A stretch of 63,799 nucleotides of DNA, filler included, from Atractiella rhizophila (lineage: Eukaryota), in assembly GCA_021432655.1 (NCBI GenBank). It is 48 parts of 48 records of this genome, joined end to end, with 100 filler letters (N's around TTAATTAATTAA, not from the genome) between each part and the next. Parts side by side here need not be neighbours in the genome. Positions count along the whole stretch, not along the records: positions 49,645 to 50,852 come from MU273083.1; positions 50,953 to 52,159 come from MU273084.1; positions 52,260 to 53,464 come from MU273085.1; positions 53,565 to 54,767 come from MU273086.1; positions 54,868 to 56,062 come from MU273087.1; positions 56,163 to 57,355 come from MU273088.1; positions 57,456 to 58,648 come from MU273089.1; positions 58,749 to 59,940 come from MU273090.1; 40 more parts are not named here. One strand, written 5' to 3'. Below, piece by piece: positions 50,639 through 62,617 of this stretch. Position 1 is the stretch's first letter, and every line of letters begins with the position of its first letter. Below the pieces are notes generated by a model that saw only the letters and a program-made list of their open reading frames with translations, was not told where the DNA came from and searched no databases. Position numbers and translations under genes: made by a program.

Positions 50639-53291
50639 CGGAAGGTGGGAAGTTTGCTGTGCAGGTGTAAAGTGACTGACGAGACCTCGATCTTTGACAG
50701 CCCAATACTTGTGAAGATTCAGTTGCAAAGTCAACACTTACGATCAACGTACCTGATCCGCCATCGAGGGGAGACAGTGTATGCACTTTTCAAGCTGAGC
50801 CATTTGATACTGATCCGATGATAGACTCCATCAATTACCTACAAGCCCCGCCNNNNNNNNNNNNNNNNNNNNNNNNNNNNNNNNNNNNNNNNNNNNTTAA
50901 TTAATTAANNNNNNNNNNNNNNNNNNNNNNNNNNNNNNNNNNNNNNNNNNNNAATACCTATTAGGATATAGAAAACTATGTGTTGCAATTTTTGAATTTC
51001 CGAGTCTGAAAAAAGTCAAATTTTGAATTTCCTAACCCTCTCTATTGTCTCGAAACTGCTTTGATTCTCGGGTATCTAGGTTGATTAATAGCTGATGTAA
51101 TTCGGCTGGTAGTTCTTCATAAGCAGGAAGAATAATCTTTCCCAGAGAACAACAGCGATGTTCCGTAGCAGTAAACTTATATATTCAATCATCATCATGT
51201 ATTTCTGCATGAATTTTTCACAGATCCTTGATAACCATCAAGCTATTTACTATTCTCCAAACAATTTATATTTGCTACATCAACATCTTGGTCAATATTC
51301 CTCAAATAATTCATGTTTGTGCAAGGATAGGTGACGTCTATGCACAAACCAACATGCTATACCTGAAGCGACCACCTCTTGTCAGGATTTGAGTGCATCC
51401 GTTGCCAGCATACAGTGCACTTATTCATGAACATTCTAGACTTACTGTGATTACTCATTCTGCCACCTGTCTTGAAGGATATAAAGCTGTTCTTCACCTC
51501 ATTGTAATTTCATTCTGTTCAGCCCTGACAATAGAATCAACACCTCTTGTCAATAATCATCATGCTATTCCTTCAATCATACATAAATTTTCTGTAAAAA
51601 ATCAAGATATCGTTGATGGGTCTCTCTTCCCTAAATAACCGCCTCTGCAACTTTTTCAACCAGAATCCTGTCTAAGTTCTCCTCATCCCACACCTTTACC
51701 TTTCCTTCTACGGTTAGCATCGTCCCTCCTCTATTGACTGAACATAACGTCTCTTCCTTTAGAATGCATCAACTCAACGATATCATACTTTCCAACATCC
51801 AGCTCATGGCTCAATGTAAAGTGATTGCATGTAACACAAATTGCTGTGCTCTGGATCACAGGTCTTTTCAGCACTTTTGTCACGATTATTCGATTGGTTG
51901 GATTCAGAACACTCTTCATTTTTGGGAAGGTCTGCAAATGCATATTATTGGCTGGGATAAACAGAAAGGAGCAGTCATATGGGACAATTCCTCTCGCTGT
52001 TGTTCAGTCACACATGGAAAAATGTCAACAACATCTCTGCCTTCTTGATCGCTCCTCACTTAGGATGATGGGTCATTTCTTGGTCTATGATAATGGGCTG
52101 AGCCTCAGTCAACCTTCTTCTCCAATCAGCATTGAAACTCCAAATCATGCTCCTATCCCNNNNNNNNNNNNNNNNNNNNNNNNNNNNNNNNNNNNNNNNN
52201 NNNTTAATTAATTAANNNNNNNNNNNNNNNNNNNNNNNNNNNNNNNNNNNNNNNNNNNNAGCGGAATGGAAGAGGAAAACACACCAAGCTGTAATATATG
52301 GTTCGTTTCAATGGTTGGTGGACTCGCTCGAAGTACCAAGATATGATGACATCTGGCATCTTTTCCTGTTCTCTTGCTAGGCGTGATATTGTGATATTGA
52401 ACAGTTAATTGTGAGCAGGTTTTTATGCTGGGATCTACTGGAGCGAAGACGTCCAGGACGTGTCACTCTCCTCGGCACGAACAAACATACGAAAATTCGG
52501 AACCGGCAATGGGTTCCACTCGTTGTGGGCGTCTTGCACGTTAAGGAAACCGTCCATTCGTCGTTTTCGTTCCTTAGTAAACGTACAATGTCGCTTACGG
52601 ATCTCGGCATGCATTTTATCGGCCGCCTTTGAATAGAACTTTTTGTGCAGCAAATTCAACCATTCCAAGCCTTTCAAATGCTTTTGCTTTTGCTTTTCAC
52701 AGTCAGTCGAACCGCAGGCACGCTTCTGTCCACTGGTGCACCTTCTCTTATTTCTCTTAGAGTCAGGTTCTCAGAAAGTTGCAAATTCTAGTTACGTTTT
52801 TCTGTTTCAAGGAGAGCTGCACTGCAATGAAATCATTTTGAAAGGAGCGGCCGACAATGGAGACGCCGAAATCCGCATTGAGACAAGGTAGAAAGTTAAT
52901 CCAGTTCCGTTCTGGGACGTTGAAGAAACGAGAAGGGTTCCTTCAATTCTTCAATTGTTTCTACCAATAACAACACGATCGTTGGGGCTTCTGCTAAGCA
53001 CGGCCCCGTCTTTAAGCTTCAACATGTTATGCTGACCTTCTGACAGATCCGATAGTCGTTAGTGATCACCACTCAAGTTGAGCGGCCGACACATCACGTC
53101 CATGTCCCTCAACAGACATGATCGACGGCCGATGAAGTCGAGACCGAAATCCGCCTTGCAGGAAAATCAAGCGACCGACAAAAAGGAAGCCGAAATCCGC
53201 GCTGTGAGTATCCAGTGATAAAGCATCTTTGGAAGGATTCTTGATGCCCCGGTGGACTGTCATCGCCTGAATTCCTTCTTGACGAGGCAGA

Positions 53292-53464
53292 ATGAGATCT
53301 TCCCCCATGCTCCCAACATGGAATGGGACGGTCAGCACCTTCGAGGACGCATGCACACTCATCCTCGCGGTTCGAAAAGGGTTGCTGCCGGAAGTCACGA
53401 GGAAGCTGAACAAGAGGCAGAAGGCGGAATTGATATGCCCTGGCAATGTTTTCGTTTTCGAGGA
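53292..53464 (+). CDS. Gti1/Pac2 (WOPR) family transcription factor, N-terminus
   Basis: PTWNGTVSTFEDACTLILAVRKGLLPEVTRKL...LICPGNVFVFEE. Confidence 0.85.
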
Positions 53465-54419
53465 NNNNNNNNNNNNNNNNNNNNNNNNNNNNNNNNNNNN
53501 NNNNNNNNTTAATTAATTAANNNNNNNNNNNNNNNNNNNNNNNNNNNNNNNNNNNNNNNNNNNNCGGTTACCCTTCGCCTCTGTGTAGACCTAAATAAAC
53601 AAGCACAGCCATACGAATCATTCAGATCTCGAATGGCCGATAAACAGCGGAGAACAAAGCTCTGGAGTCCGCCGCGGTCGGCGAACCACCTTAAAAGCCA
53701 ACAACTTCCTGTTTAAGGACGTGCGTTCTATTACGTACGGGCGCCAAGGAGGTCTCAGCACATGGACGATGCAAGATGAGGGACCAAACGGCGCCAATGG
53801 CGCCAGCCTGCCATGCAATAGCGATAGCACTCACATGGAGAACATGGGCACAGACAACAGCGCGACTTCTGGTGACTACGCTACGGCGCCTCTTCTAACG
53901 ACGATAACCTAACGCTCTGCCAAAAGACCCAAGTATTGCACCGTCTGGCATTTGGTCCAACAGTCAACCCGGAGTAACCCTGCCTTTCTCTTTCCTTCCT
54001 CCCCTCGCCGAGATTTGATGAGCCCATCGGATGCTGCGAGCTGTCAAAAATCGGATCTCGTGGCATGGCCAATGTTCAAAATGAGGTAAAATGACGTTTA
54101 AAAGCACCTTGCCATCCCCAAACACTCTGTAAGACCTGTCGGATCCGGCAAGGTGAAGAAACAAAATATGGAGTGCCTGAATATCCTCCAACCATCGATG
54201 GTGTGGGTAAGGATGTGGAAAAAAAAATCGACTTAGAAATTACCCTCAGGGGTTAATGGATTAGGGTTAACGTGAGTCATGCCGTCACATGGGTTGAAAT
54301 TCACTTGCTTTTTTGCAGTGAGAGAGAAAGAAGTGATATGAAAGTTTCAACGTGGGTTTGAACTTTCGGCTGACGAAACATCCCTTGTTTTCGCTGGAAA
54401 TTATGTTAGATGGGTTGTC

Positions 54420-54660
54420 TGATAGAATCGTGCGCCTCCTCCTCTCGCTGCGCGTTTAGTTTCCTTCGAGCACTTTCTGAAACTGTGGCCAACCTTTTGC
54501 CACAGGGATCTCTCTGTTATAAAAGCTTGTAAACCTGCAAGTGCGAGACTTATACTCATCGTTATCTCGCACTTCACAGGTAATGTAGTTTTCCCTTACA
54601 TACTGAATGCAACTTATACTCATTGTTATCTCGCACTTTGCAGCGCTAATACATTTGTCA
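54420..54660 (+). mobile_element. Family A solo LTR (241 bp) with perfect 5-bp TSD and a 64-nt GT-AG insert (54580-54643)
   Basis: TTGTC|TGATAG...TTTGTCA|TTGTC, with TATAAAA at 54518. Confidence 0.92.
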
Positions 54661-54867
54661 TTGTCGACAACGGGTGAAAACCATCGCTAACCCGCTCTCG
54701 CCACTAAGTCAAACAAAAACCCGGACTGCAGGGAATGCTCAGGGAGTGGAGAGTGTAACAAGTTAGGNNNNNNNNNNNNNNNNNNNNNNNNNNNNNNNNN
54801 NNNNNNNNNNNTTAATTAATTAANNNNNNNNNNNNNNNNNNNNNNNNNNNNNNNNNNNNNNNNNNNN

Positions 54868-55429
54868 TATTGGCCCCAGCTCGTGCTTGGTACGCCTAAA
54901 GTACCTTTCGCGTGATAAATGTTCACCTTTCTTCAGGATTTGCATTTAACTGGGGCGCGTTATTGGGGTCGTCTGCTGTACTTGGAAGTGAGTTCAATTT
55001 GCTCTGGTATCTGCTGCATCTGAAGTCTGTTCAGCTTGTGACTGGGCAGTGGCTCTGCCTTTGTACTTTTCTGGCGTGGCATGGACAATTTTTTACGACA
55101 CCATTTACGCTCATCAAGACAAAACGGACGACCTTAGTTCGGGTGTCAAGTCCACAGCTCTTTTATTTGCCGAACGGTCGCCGCAGATTCTGTCCTTCTT
55201 TGGCGGTTCCTTCGTTTCCCTTCTTGCGCTAGCCGGATACATGAATGGCCAAGGGCTTCCATTTTATCTCATTTCAGTTTTGGGAAGCGCTGCCCATCTC
55301 ACCTGGCAGATGAGAACTGTGAAATGGAATGAGCCTTCTAGCTGTTGGAAGAAATTTGGAAGTAATCGAGATCTGGGCTTATTGGTTTTTGGTGGATTGG
55401 GATTTGATTACTTACTCAGTATCCTCTGA
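54868..55429 (+). CDS. COQ2: 4-hydroxybenzoate polyprenyltransferase Coq2, 3' part
   Basis: YWPQLVLG|FAFNWGALLG...WTIFYDTIYAHQDKTDD..GVKSTALLF. Confidence 0.96.
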
Positions 55430-55460
55430 AGGCGAAATTGCAATAAAAAGACTATGCTCT

Positions 55461-56062
55461 CTACACCCTCGAAAGAATGTACATGCTGAAAATCTGACAG
55501 CCAGCTATCCCGAGAAGAATCGCCATTTTCACTTTACGCTGAGCGTGCCCACCCGAATTGCCGTAGTTGACGGCATCGTTAACGTAAGGAGAAGGAGCAG
55601 AGATGGGAGGTTGACGTCCACCAACATTCGTCGAGCTTGTATCTCGAAGAAAAAGTTTACCCAGCGAACGAAGCTGTTTGCTAATTTAATGAGCGAGAGA
55701 TGGAGAGCAAAATACGAACCAGGAAGAAGGCATTTGCTAGGAAGACGTAGAGAAAAATTGACCAGTAAGTGAAACCTGACAGCCCTAACAGACGCCCGCA
55801 AATACAAATGATCACTCTGTCCCCCACTGTCAACACACAAGTCCTAAAGGTGAAGGCGAGCTCAAGAGAAGTACCCAACAAATTTGTAGCCTTGATAGGC
55901 GAGCAAGTCCACCATAGTTGCCTCGCTTCCGACGTTGAAAAGGTAACAGAAGAACTTGATGAGGAGAATCTCGAGGAAGAGAACTCCAATGGCCGTCGAA
56001 CTTTTCGAGCCCATCATGGAAGGGTTAAACTTGCCTGAAAGGCCGGAGTGTAGACCGGAGAG
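55461..56062 (-). CDS. YIF1: Yif1/Hrf1 ER-Golgi membrane protein, 3' part
   Basis: LEILLIKFFCYLFNV..DLLAYQGYKFVG|...YVFLANAFFL|LRSL...QRKVKMAILLGIAGCQ..*. Confidence 0.9.
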
Positions 56063-57248
56063 NNNNNNNNNNNNNNNNNNNNNNNNNNNNNNNNNNNNNN
56101 NNNNNNTTAATTAATTAANNNNNNNNNNNNNNNNNNNNNNNNNNNNNNNNNNNNNNNNNNNNACAGACACCTTGTTTAGAAGGGAAAACGTACCTGTCTA
56201 TCACATATACACAACACTTTAAACCAGCCTTTCTTCTCCCAAGACTACCCTAGCTAAGAGTCTGCTCCTGTTTGAACCTTTTCGAGCTGAAGTGGAGAAT
56301 GAATGAAATGGAAGAAGTTGCATCCATTTGAGTTTCGGCCTTCCTTTGTTTGCAAGGGACAACTTCACATACCTTGTGCACAATTCAATTCTGGTGATTA
56401 GCTAGGGACACACGACTGTGGTTAGCTTGAAGATATCTGTTATTCTGGCACACTTGCATGCATAAGAGGCCCGGGACCGTCTATGACAAGACTGAGGAGC
56501 TTCTTCTACCTCGCACCAACGTTCCATCATTGCAGGACTTCCATTGAAATGAGAGGAGTTCAGCATTATTTATTTCTTGCGGTTTTGGGACCAGCTCCAC
56601 TGACTGGGGAATTGTTGACTTGGAGCAATCATGGGTTTAATTTTGAGGACGCAGCAAATATACTTTCTCCCAATATTCGCGAACCGGACCGCTATTCTCC
56701 CTGATTACCAGTTCCTTTGAACTTGATAAGAAGCACACTTGCTCAGCTTGAACAGATATTGTCTTGAGCCCTTCTTGGAAGGTTCCTCTTTGCGTCAACT
56801 CGTTCCCCGTTAGCGCCGCACAACTTTGGTCCAGCACTTCGGCTTTCGCGTAGTGTTTTGCTCAAGCGGCCACAACACTGTTTATCCAAGCGATGAACAG
56901 ATGCTATACCGTGCTGTGGGATAGCTCGTTCACAATCGGGTGTTGGGAATACTTACACACATCGAAGCCGAGCTACAACAAGCTGTTTGGAGAAAAATCG
57001 TCATGCTTGACTTTGCCCGATCCATTTGTCGGACAAAAAGCCTTTCCTTCCTCGTATACTCCATGAAAGGGCGGACTCCGCTATTGCCGTTCGCCTCTGT
57101 TTAAGAAGCCTGCCAGCGTCCACATTGTAACGATGGGACACGCAGAGAAAATACATTCTGGCCAAATCAATCAGGTAGGGATCCCAACCTATTCTTTGTG
57201 ACTACGCTCGCATCGATTGGTTACTAAGAAAGGTCACTGACAGTTATA

Positions 57249-57355
57249 CCCTGATGAATCCTTTTGCCCCTGAACTTCTCTCGCATATTCTCAATTACCT
57301 CCCACGCCATTCCTTACTCCAGTGCACGCTCGTATCAAGGTCGTTTTATCAGCTC
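57249..57355 (+). CDS. F-box domain exon, truncated
   Basis: PFAPELLSHILNYLPRHSLLQCTLVSRSFYQL. Confidence 0.7.
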
Positions 57356-57455
57356 NNNNNNNNNNNNNNNNNNNNNNNNNNNNNNNNNNNNNNNNNNNNT
57401 TAATTAATTAANNNNNNNNNNNNNNNNNNNNNNNNNNNNNNNNNNNNNNNNNNNN

Positions 57456-58648
57456 GGTAAGGGAAGGATGAATGAAACAATTAGCGCAGATGAGGGATAC
57501 TGTAATTGCAAAGCTGTTACCTCTTGTACAAGCATTCCTGTGCACAAGGCCTTAAATCAGCTCCACCAGCTGGACACTAGTTGTAGCTAGATCTAGTTGA
57601 AATGCTGAAACGATCTGAAAGGATGATGCGGAAGCTTTGTCAGCTTCGTCTGCAGGTGGACTTCCGCCTGAGGGAAAATGGCAACCGCACGTCTTTCCGT
57701 TACCGAAGATGGTCGAGGTTCAACGTGTTTGCTCACGGAATAGATAGACTCTTGCTCGACTTGCAAACGATAGACACGACAACAAGCAGTGTGCTTTCGA
57801 TCTGGCAATCACCAAAGGTCTGACTTTTCACTGGCAAGGGAGGTCAGATGGGATGCCGTATGAAATGAAATAATTAGATGGTAGAACTGGAGGCAAGAGG
57901 ATGAATGTGCTTGCGAATTGGCAGGTGGATTTGACATGGACAGGAGGATGCGTTTCAACGAAGCGTTCGCTCCAGGGGGACATTTGAGCAGAACGCAAAG
58001 AATGCGGAGGCGCAGCTGTTTGCCCAAACGAAAGTGCAAACGAAGGTGCTACAGCGAGAGCTCTCAATGATTTTACAGGGGACAGATTGGTATCGACTTC
58101 ATCCATTTGATCCCCAACGACATGCAAGACGACACACGCAGAAGGGCAAGTTTCCTCATGTCACAGCATAGAATGGAGAGAACAACTGAGCGTCTCTAGG
58201 ATCCTGCTTGGGTCGTTCTGGTTGATTAAATGGGGCATTACTCTTCCATGATGACAGCGCAGAAAATTCTGCATACTACGGAGTAAAACCACCCACAGCA
58301 TCATTCACCGAAAGAGCAAGCAAATGTATTTCCCAATCTCTGTACCTAGCGTAACGAATATACAAATGGTTCACGCACCTTGGCCACTCCGGCTGCTCTT
58401 TCCGTTTACAGTCCAAATGCAGCTTCTGTTCATCAGGGACTTACTACAGTCTATTTATCCACAAGCTTTTAGCATCTGGGCAATGGTTGACTTCGGAAGA
58501 TTAACGTGGCAATCTTTAAGCCACTGTAAACAGACACAAACAAACCAATTTTGTGGTATATATAGATGGTTCTGCAGTATATTTTACACGATGCACCATT
58601 CTGCGTTCTTGGCTCAGTGGTAGACGACTCGGAAGCCGTTCGCCAGTC
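57456..58648 (+). repeat. Whole contig duplicates 8300-9492
   Basis: Identical ORF translations and the same 3' end. Confidence 0.95.
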
Positions 58649-60121
58649 NNNNNNNNNNNNNNNNNNNNNNNNNNNNNNNNNNNNNNNNNNNNTTAATTAA
58701 TTAANNNNNNNNNNNNNNNNNNNNNNNNNNNNNNNNNNNNNNNNNNNNCATCGTCCGCCCTCCAAAGACTGCACTTCGCCTGCATCTACATTTCTGAAGC
58801 CCTCAAATGAGAGAAGTCCAAAGGGAAAAATCCCTGTGGTTGCTCTCTCTTCCTTCAACAACAGCTTTGAACGTGTCGGACCTTCCAAGAGTACAACTGT
58901 TGAAGTGATACGCCATGGCACGTGCTGAGATGAGAGCAACGAGCTACGGACCAACTGACTGAAGAGAGGAGGACGGATGGAAATTCAGCGGCATCCGTGT
59001 CGCTCCCTTCAGCCTGGGGGTCGTGCAGGGAAAAGCGAGTATAGTGTGGGAGATCAAAGCGCAATTGAGAAAAGTGGAGCTTCAAGCCGGATGAGATAGT
59101 TGTCTCTGCTGGAGGTAGAGGATTGCTTGGGGTATGCCTATGGAACTTGAAGAACCGGATGTCAGGCTTGCCCCTACGCATTACCGAAATACACCATTTG
59201 AAGTCACGTGACCTACTTTCACCATGTCATAGGATCACGTGCCTGCCCATCGCCGCTTTGCTCACGTTCGTGCTGATCGCCGCCTTCCCCTATCTCACAC
59301 GAATTGCCGCTCAGCAAACCTTACACATTTCGCCGGTCTGCACCGTCTCCATCATTGCTTTATTGTCCTTTCTCACTTGTACTGCTCAGTATGTCTTATT
59401 TCCGAGTATTCCCTTTATTGCTTTCCTGATCTAGCTATCTTACATGTTTCAAGAAACGTATGTTACAGTTTATGGCAGTGCTTTTACATATGTATATATA
59501 CATCGAGATGTAGTGGTGGTGACCTCAGAGTATTCTCTTAGGTTTACCTCCACTACAGACACATCGCCCATCGGCGACCGCACATAGTGTTTGCCCTAAC
59601 ACTGGACTGGAGTCATGGTACGCTTCAATTCCTTATTCTGTAGCTGCAGCTGCGACATTCAACCAATAGCAGTGACTGCTGCCTCATAGCGACCACACTG
59701 CACCGACTCCGGCTAGCATAATTGAAGGCCATGATTATTACTGCTTCTTTGGGCACAAAACCCGTCTCGAAATAATGTGTGACATGTTGGTTTACTCACA
59801 AAGGAGGTGTAACAAGCGTAGTAGTTGACAACTCAAGGGTCGTCAATGCGATTGAACACTTCTGGCGGTTCGTATTCCAATCCTCCTGCTATCATAAATA
59901 CAATCACCTGTTGATCATAGATTTAGACGATCATCAAATCNNNNNNNNNNNNNNNNNNNNNNNNNNNNNNNNNNNNNNNNNNNNTTAATTAATTAANNNN
60001 NNNNNNNNNNNNNNNNNNNNNNNNNNNNNNNNNNNNNNNNTGTTGAACCTTGGGTATAAAGGGTTAATCTGCACTGTTGGGAATGACTGGTCACTTTAGT
60101 GCAATTGGCTAAATCCAGCAG

Positions 60122-60984
60122 ATTTTGGTGAAGATGAAGAGGAGGAGGACATTTTGAAAGGTCAGGGAGAGCGGGAGAGACTCAGGGTGGAGTCCCCAGA
60201 TCGTTTTGAAGGATTAAGGGACGAAGGAGAAAATCAGGAAGCGGAGCAAGAGAGGGAAGAAGCACCAGACAGGCCACAGGCTGCTCCAGAGCGGCCAGTA
60301 ACACCCCCACCACGTCTTGTTCCTCAGAGAGACCCTTGGACTGGACTAATGATGGTGGGAAGACAGACAGAATCGCCAGATCCTCTCCAAATGACGCCTC
60401 CTCAAGCTATCCCTGTCCCTGCGGCTCCATCCAGCATCAGATTCTCTCAGTTTTAGCCCCCTAGGGGGCAGTTTAGGCGGTCATCATCTTTGACCACCAA
60501 TCTCTGTCCCCTAGGTATGTGTTTCCCTATCAATGTTATCATCTTTGACCACCAATCTCTGTCCCCTAGCTCCATCCAGCATCAGATTCTCTCAATACTT
60601 CCTTCTCCCTGGTCTCTGCTGACTTGTTGAAGACCCTATGCTGCTTCCCAGCTGGCATGGCTTGCAAATAGGGTCTGGATCATCCTCTAGGTCCAAAATC
60701 GTCCCATTCACAAGTTCCTTCTGAGAGGAATACACGCTGGATGGAGCTAGGGGACAGGAGTTGGTGGTCAAAGATGATGACCACCAAGACTGCCCCCTAG
60801 GGAGAAAAACTATGAAGTGAGTAAACACAGCAAAGGTGGCTGACCACACTAAGACAACACCATGAAATTTAACAGCTGATCCAACACTCCCACCTGGGCA
60901 GCCGCCTCTTGAAGCTCCCACCAAATCCAATAATCGTCGAAGAAAGCTCCCACCGAATATAAACGGCGTCGAATGGTATGACAC
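60122..60984. mobile_element. Mosaic of family B Copia pieces: post-integrase spacer (+, 60122-60420), LTR 3' parts (+, 60424-60449 and 60450-60594), GAG-pre-integrase (-, 60595-60721), full LTR (-, 60722-60886) with PPT-like tract
   Basis: ERERLRVESP..PQAAPERPVTPP is shared with 43503-43690(-). KELVNG..DPICKPCQLG is present. CAGGTGGGAG precedes TGTTGGA on the minus strand. Confidence 0.8.
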
Positions 60985-61331
60985 AAAGAAAACATGTTAA
61001 TTGATTGTCTAAATCCACTAGAGAGATCCTCGTACCGCTTAGAGCGGCGTCTTATAACCCCCAGAAGGAGGACAGAGCTTTATTGCGCCCCATAACTGCC
61101 TCATACACTTGGGTAGGGGCGCAGACCCATCATTTCTCGCAATTTTGAGACTCCAGCAACTGGTAAAGCCTTGGTGAGGAGGTCTGCAGGCATAGACTCG
61201 CCAGGACAGAAGACTGGGGCGATGAGTCCAGNNNNNNNNNNNNNNNNNNNNNNNNNNNNNNNNNNNNNNNNNNNNTTAATTAATTAANNNNNNNNNNNNN
61301 NNNNNNNNNNNNNNNNNNNNNNNNNNNNNNN

Positions 61332-62372
61332 CGCGAAAATGTGTCGGACTATGGACCGCGCACGGAGAAGCTGGAGAGGGAACTAAGTAAAGAGAACGTC
61401 CTCATCGAAGACACGACTCGGATAGGGAAGGATAACGACTACCAGCCTGAACATGACCCGAAAGAAGCGGATTTGGCGGTGGCGCATCTCAAAGCTACCA
61501 TCAACACCATGTTCCTGGGAATGCTAAGGGAGCCATTGCAGAAAACTGGGGAAAAGCTACAGATACGGTGGATCGACGCTTTCTTCCCATTTACTAGCCC
61601 GAGTTACGAGGTCGAGATATTGTACAAAGGAAAATGGATGGAAATGCTAGGGAGTGGGATTATTAAGCAACATACTTTAAATCAAGCTGGTTGGTCATTC
61701 TATTCCTTTCCTCTCGTCCATACGGATCATGAAACTGTATGCTGATAATTACGGTTGAAGGAATGAGCCATAAGATGGGGTGGGCTTTTGGGCTAGGCCT
61801 CGAACGCATAGCCATGCTTCTGTTCAACATCCCCGACATCCGACTTTTCTGGTCCCGAGACGAAAGGTTCCTTTCGCAGTTCCAAGCTGGAAGAATAAAC
61901 GAATTTAAGCCCTACTCTAGTACGTCGTCCCTCCTCTCATACACATTCGTCGTATTTATGCTTCGTTTGAAATAGAATACCCTACCTGCTATAAAGATAC
62001 CTCCTTCTGGGCTCCCACCTCGTTTCACGAAAACGATTTCTGTGAGATTGTGCGAGAGCTATGTGGCGACCTAGTGGAGAGCGTGACTCTCGTAAGTCTT
62101 CGCTTCTCGCCAGCCCATCGATACCAGCACGCAAACATGATGTTGTACAGATCGACAACTTTCTTCATCCAAAAACCAAAAGGACAGGCCTGTGCTACCG
62201 CATCAATTATCGGTCAATGGATCGGTTTGTCTTCCTCTTTTCCCGCATAGAAGCATAGGAGTAATGATGGTGTTGGTGGTGGTTTAGCAATCTAACGAAT
62301 GAGGAGGTGAACGTTATCCATGCACGTGTAGTGCAAGCACTGGAGAAACAGATGGCTCTCGAGATGCGTTAA
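61332..62372 (+). CDS. MSF1: Mitochondrial phenylalanyl-tRNA synthetase, 3' part
   Basis: [62 protein letters not shown] and [10 protein letters not shown]. Confidence 0.97.
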
Positions 62373-62617
62373 CCTCTTGACCACTCAAAAAAGGAAGCCC
62401 CTCCCATCACAGTATTTATTTGCAGTGCAAGTCAATCGCATCATTCTGTCCTCATCCAACCCCAGTCCGAAACATATGGGTGTACTTGCGACACTTTGCG
62501 CCATTTCTTTTGTTCANNNNNNNNNNNNNNNNNNNNNNNNNNNNNNNNNNNNNNNNNNNNTTAATTAATTAANNNNNNNNNNNNNNNNNNNNNNNNNNNN
62601 NNNNNNNNNNNNNNNNG

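Noticed and set aside
50995..51040. CCTAACCCT telomere-like motif (also TTAGGGTTA near 54261)
   Set aside because: Single units only. The context of repeated AATTTTGAATTTCC looks more like a transposon end.
1279..62616. Regularly spaced TTAATTAATTAA palindrome resembling a repeat array or CRISPR
   Set aside because: It is always centred in N runs and is an artificial six-frame-stop linker. ORFs ending in X...LIN are artefacts of it.
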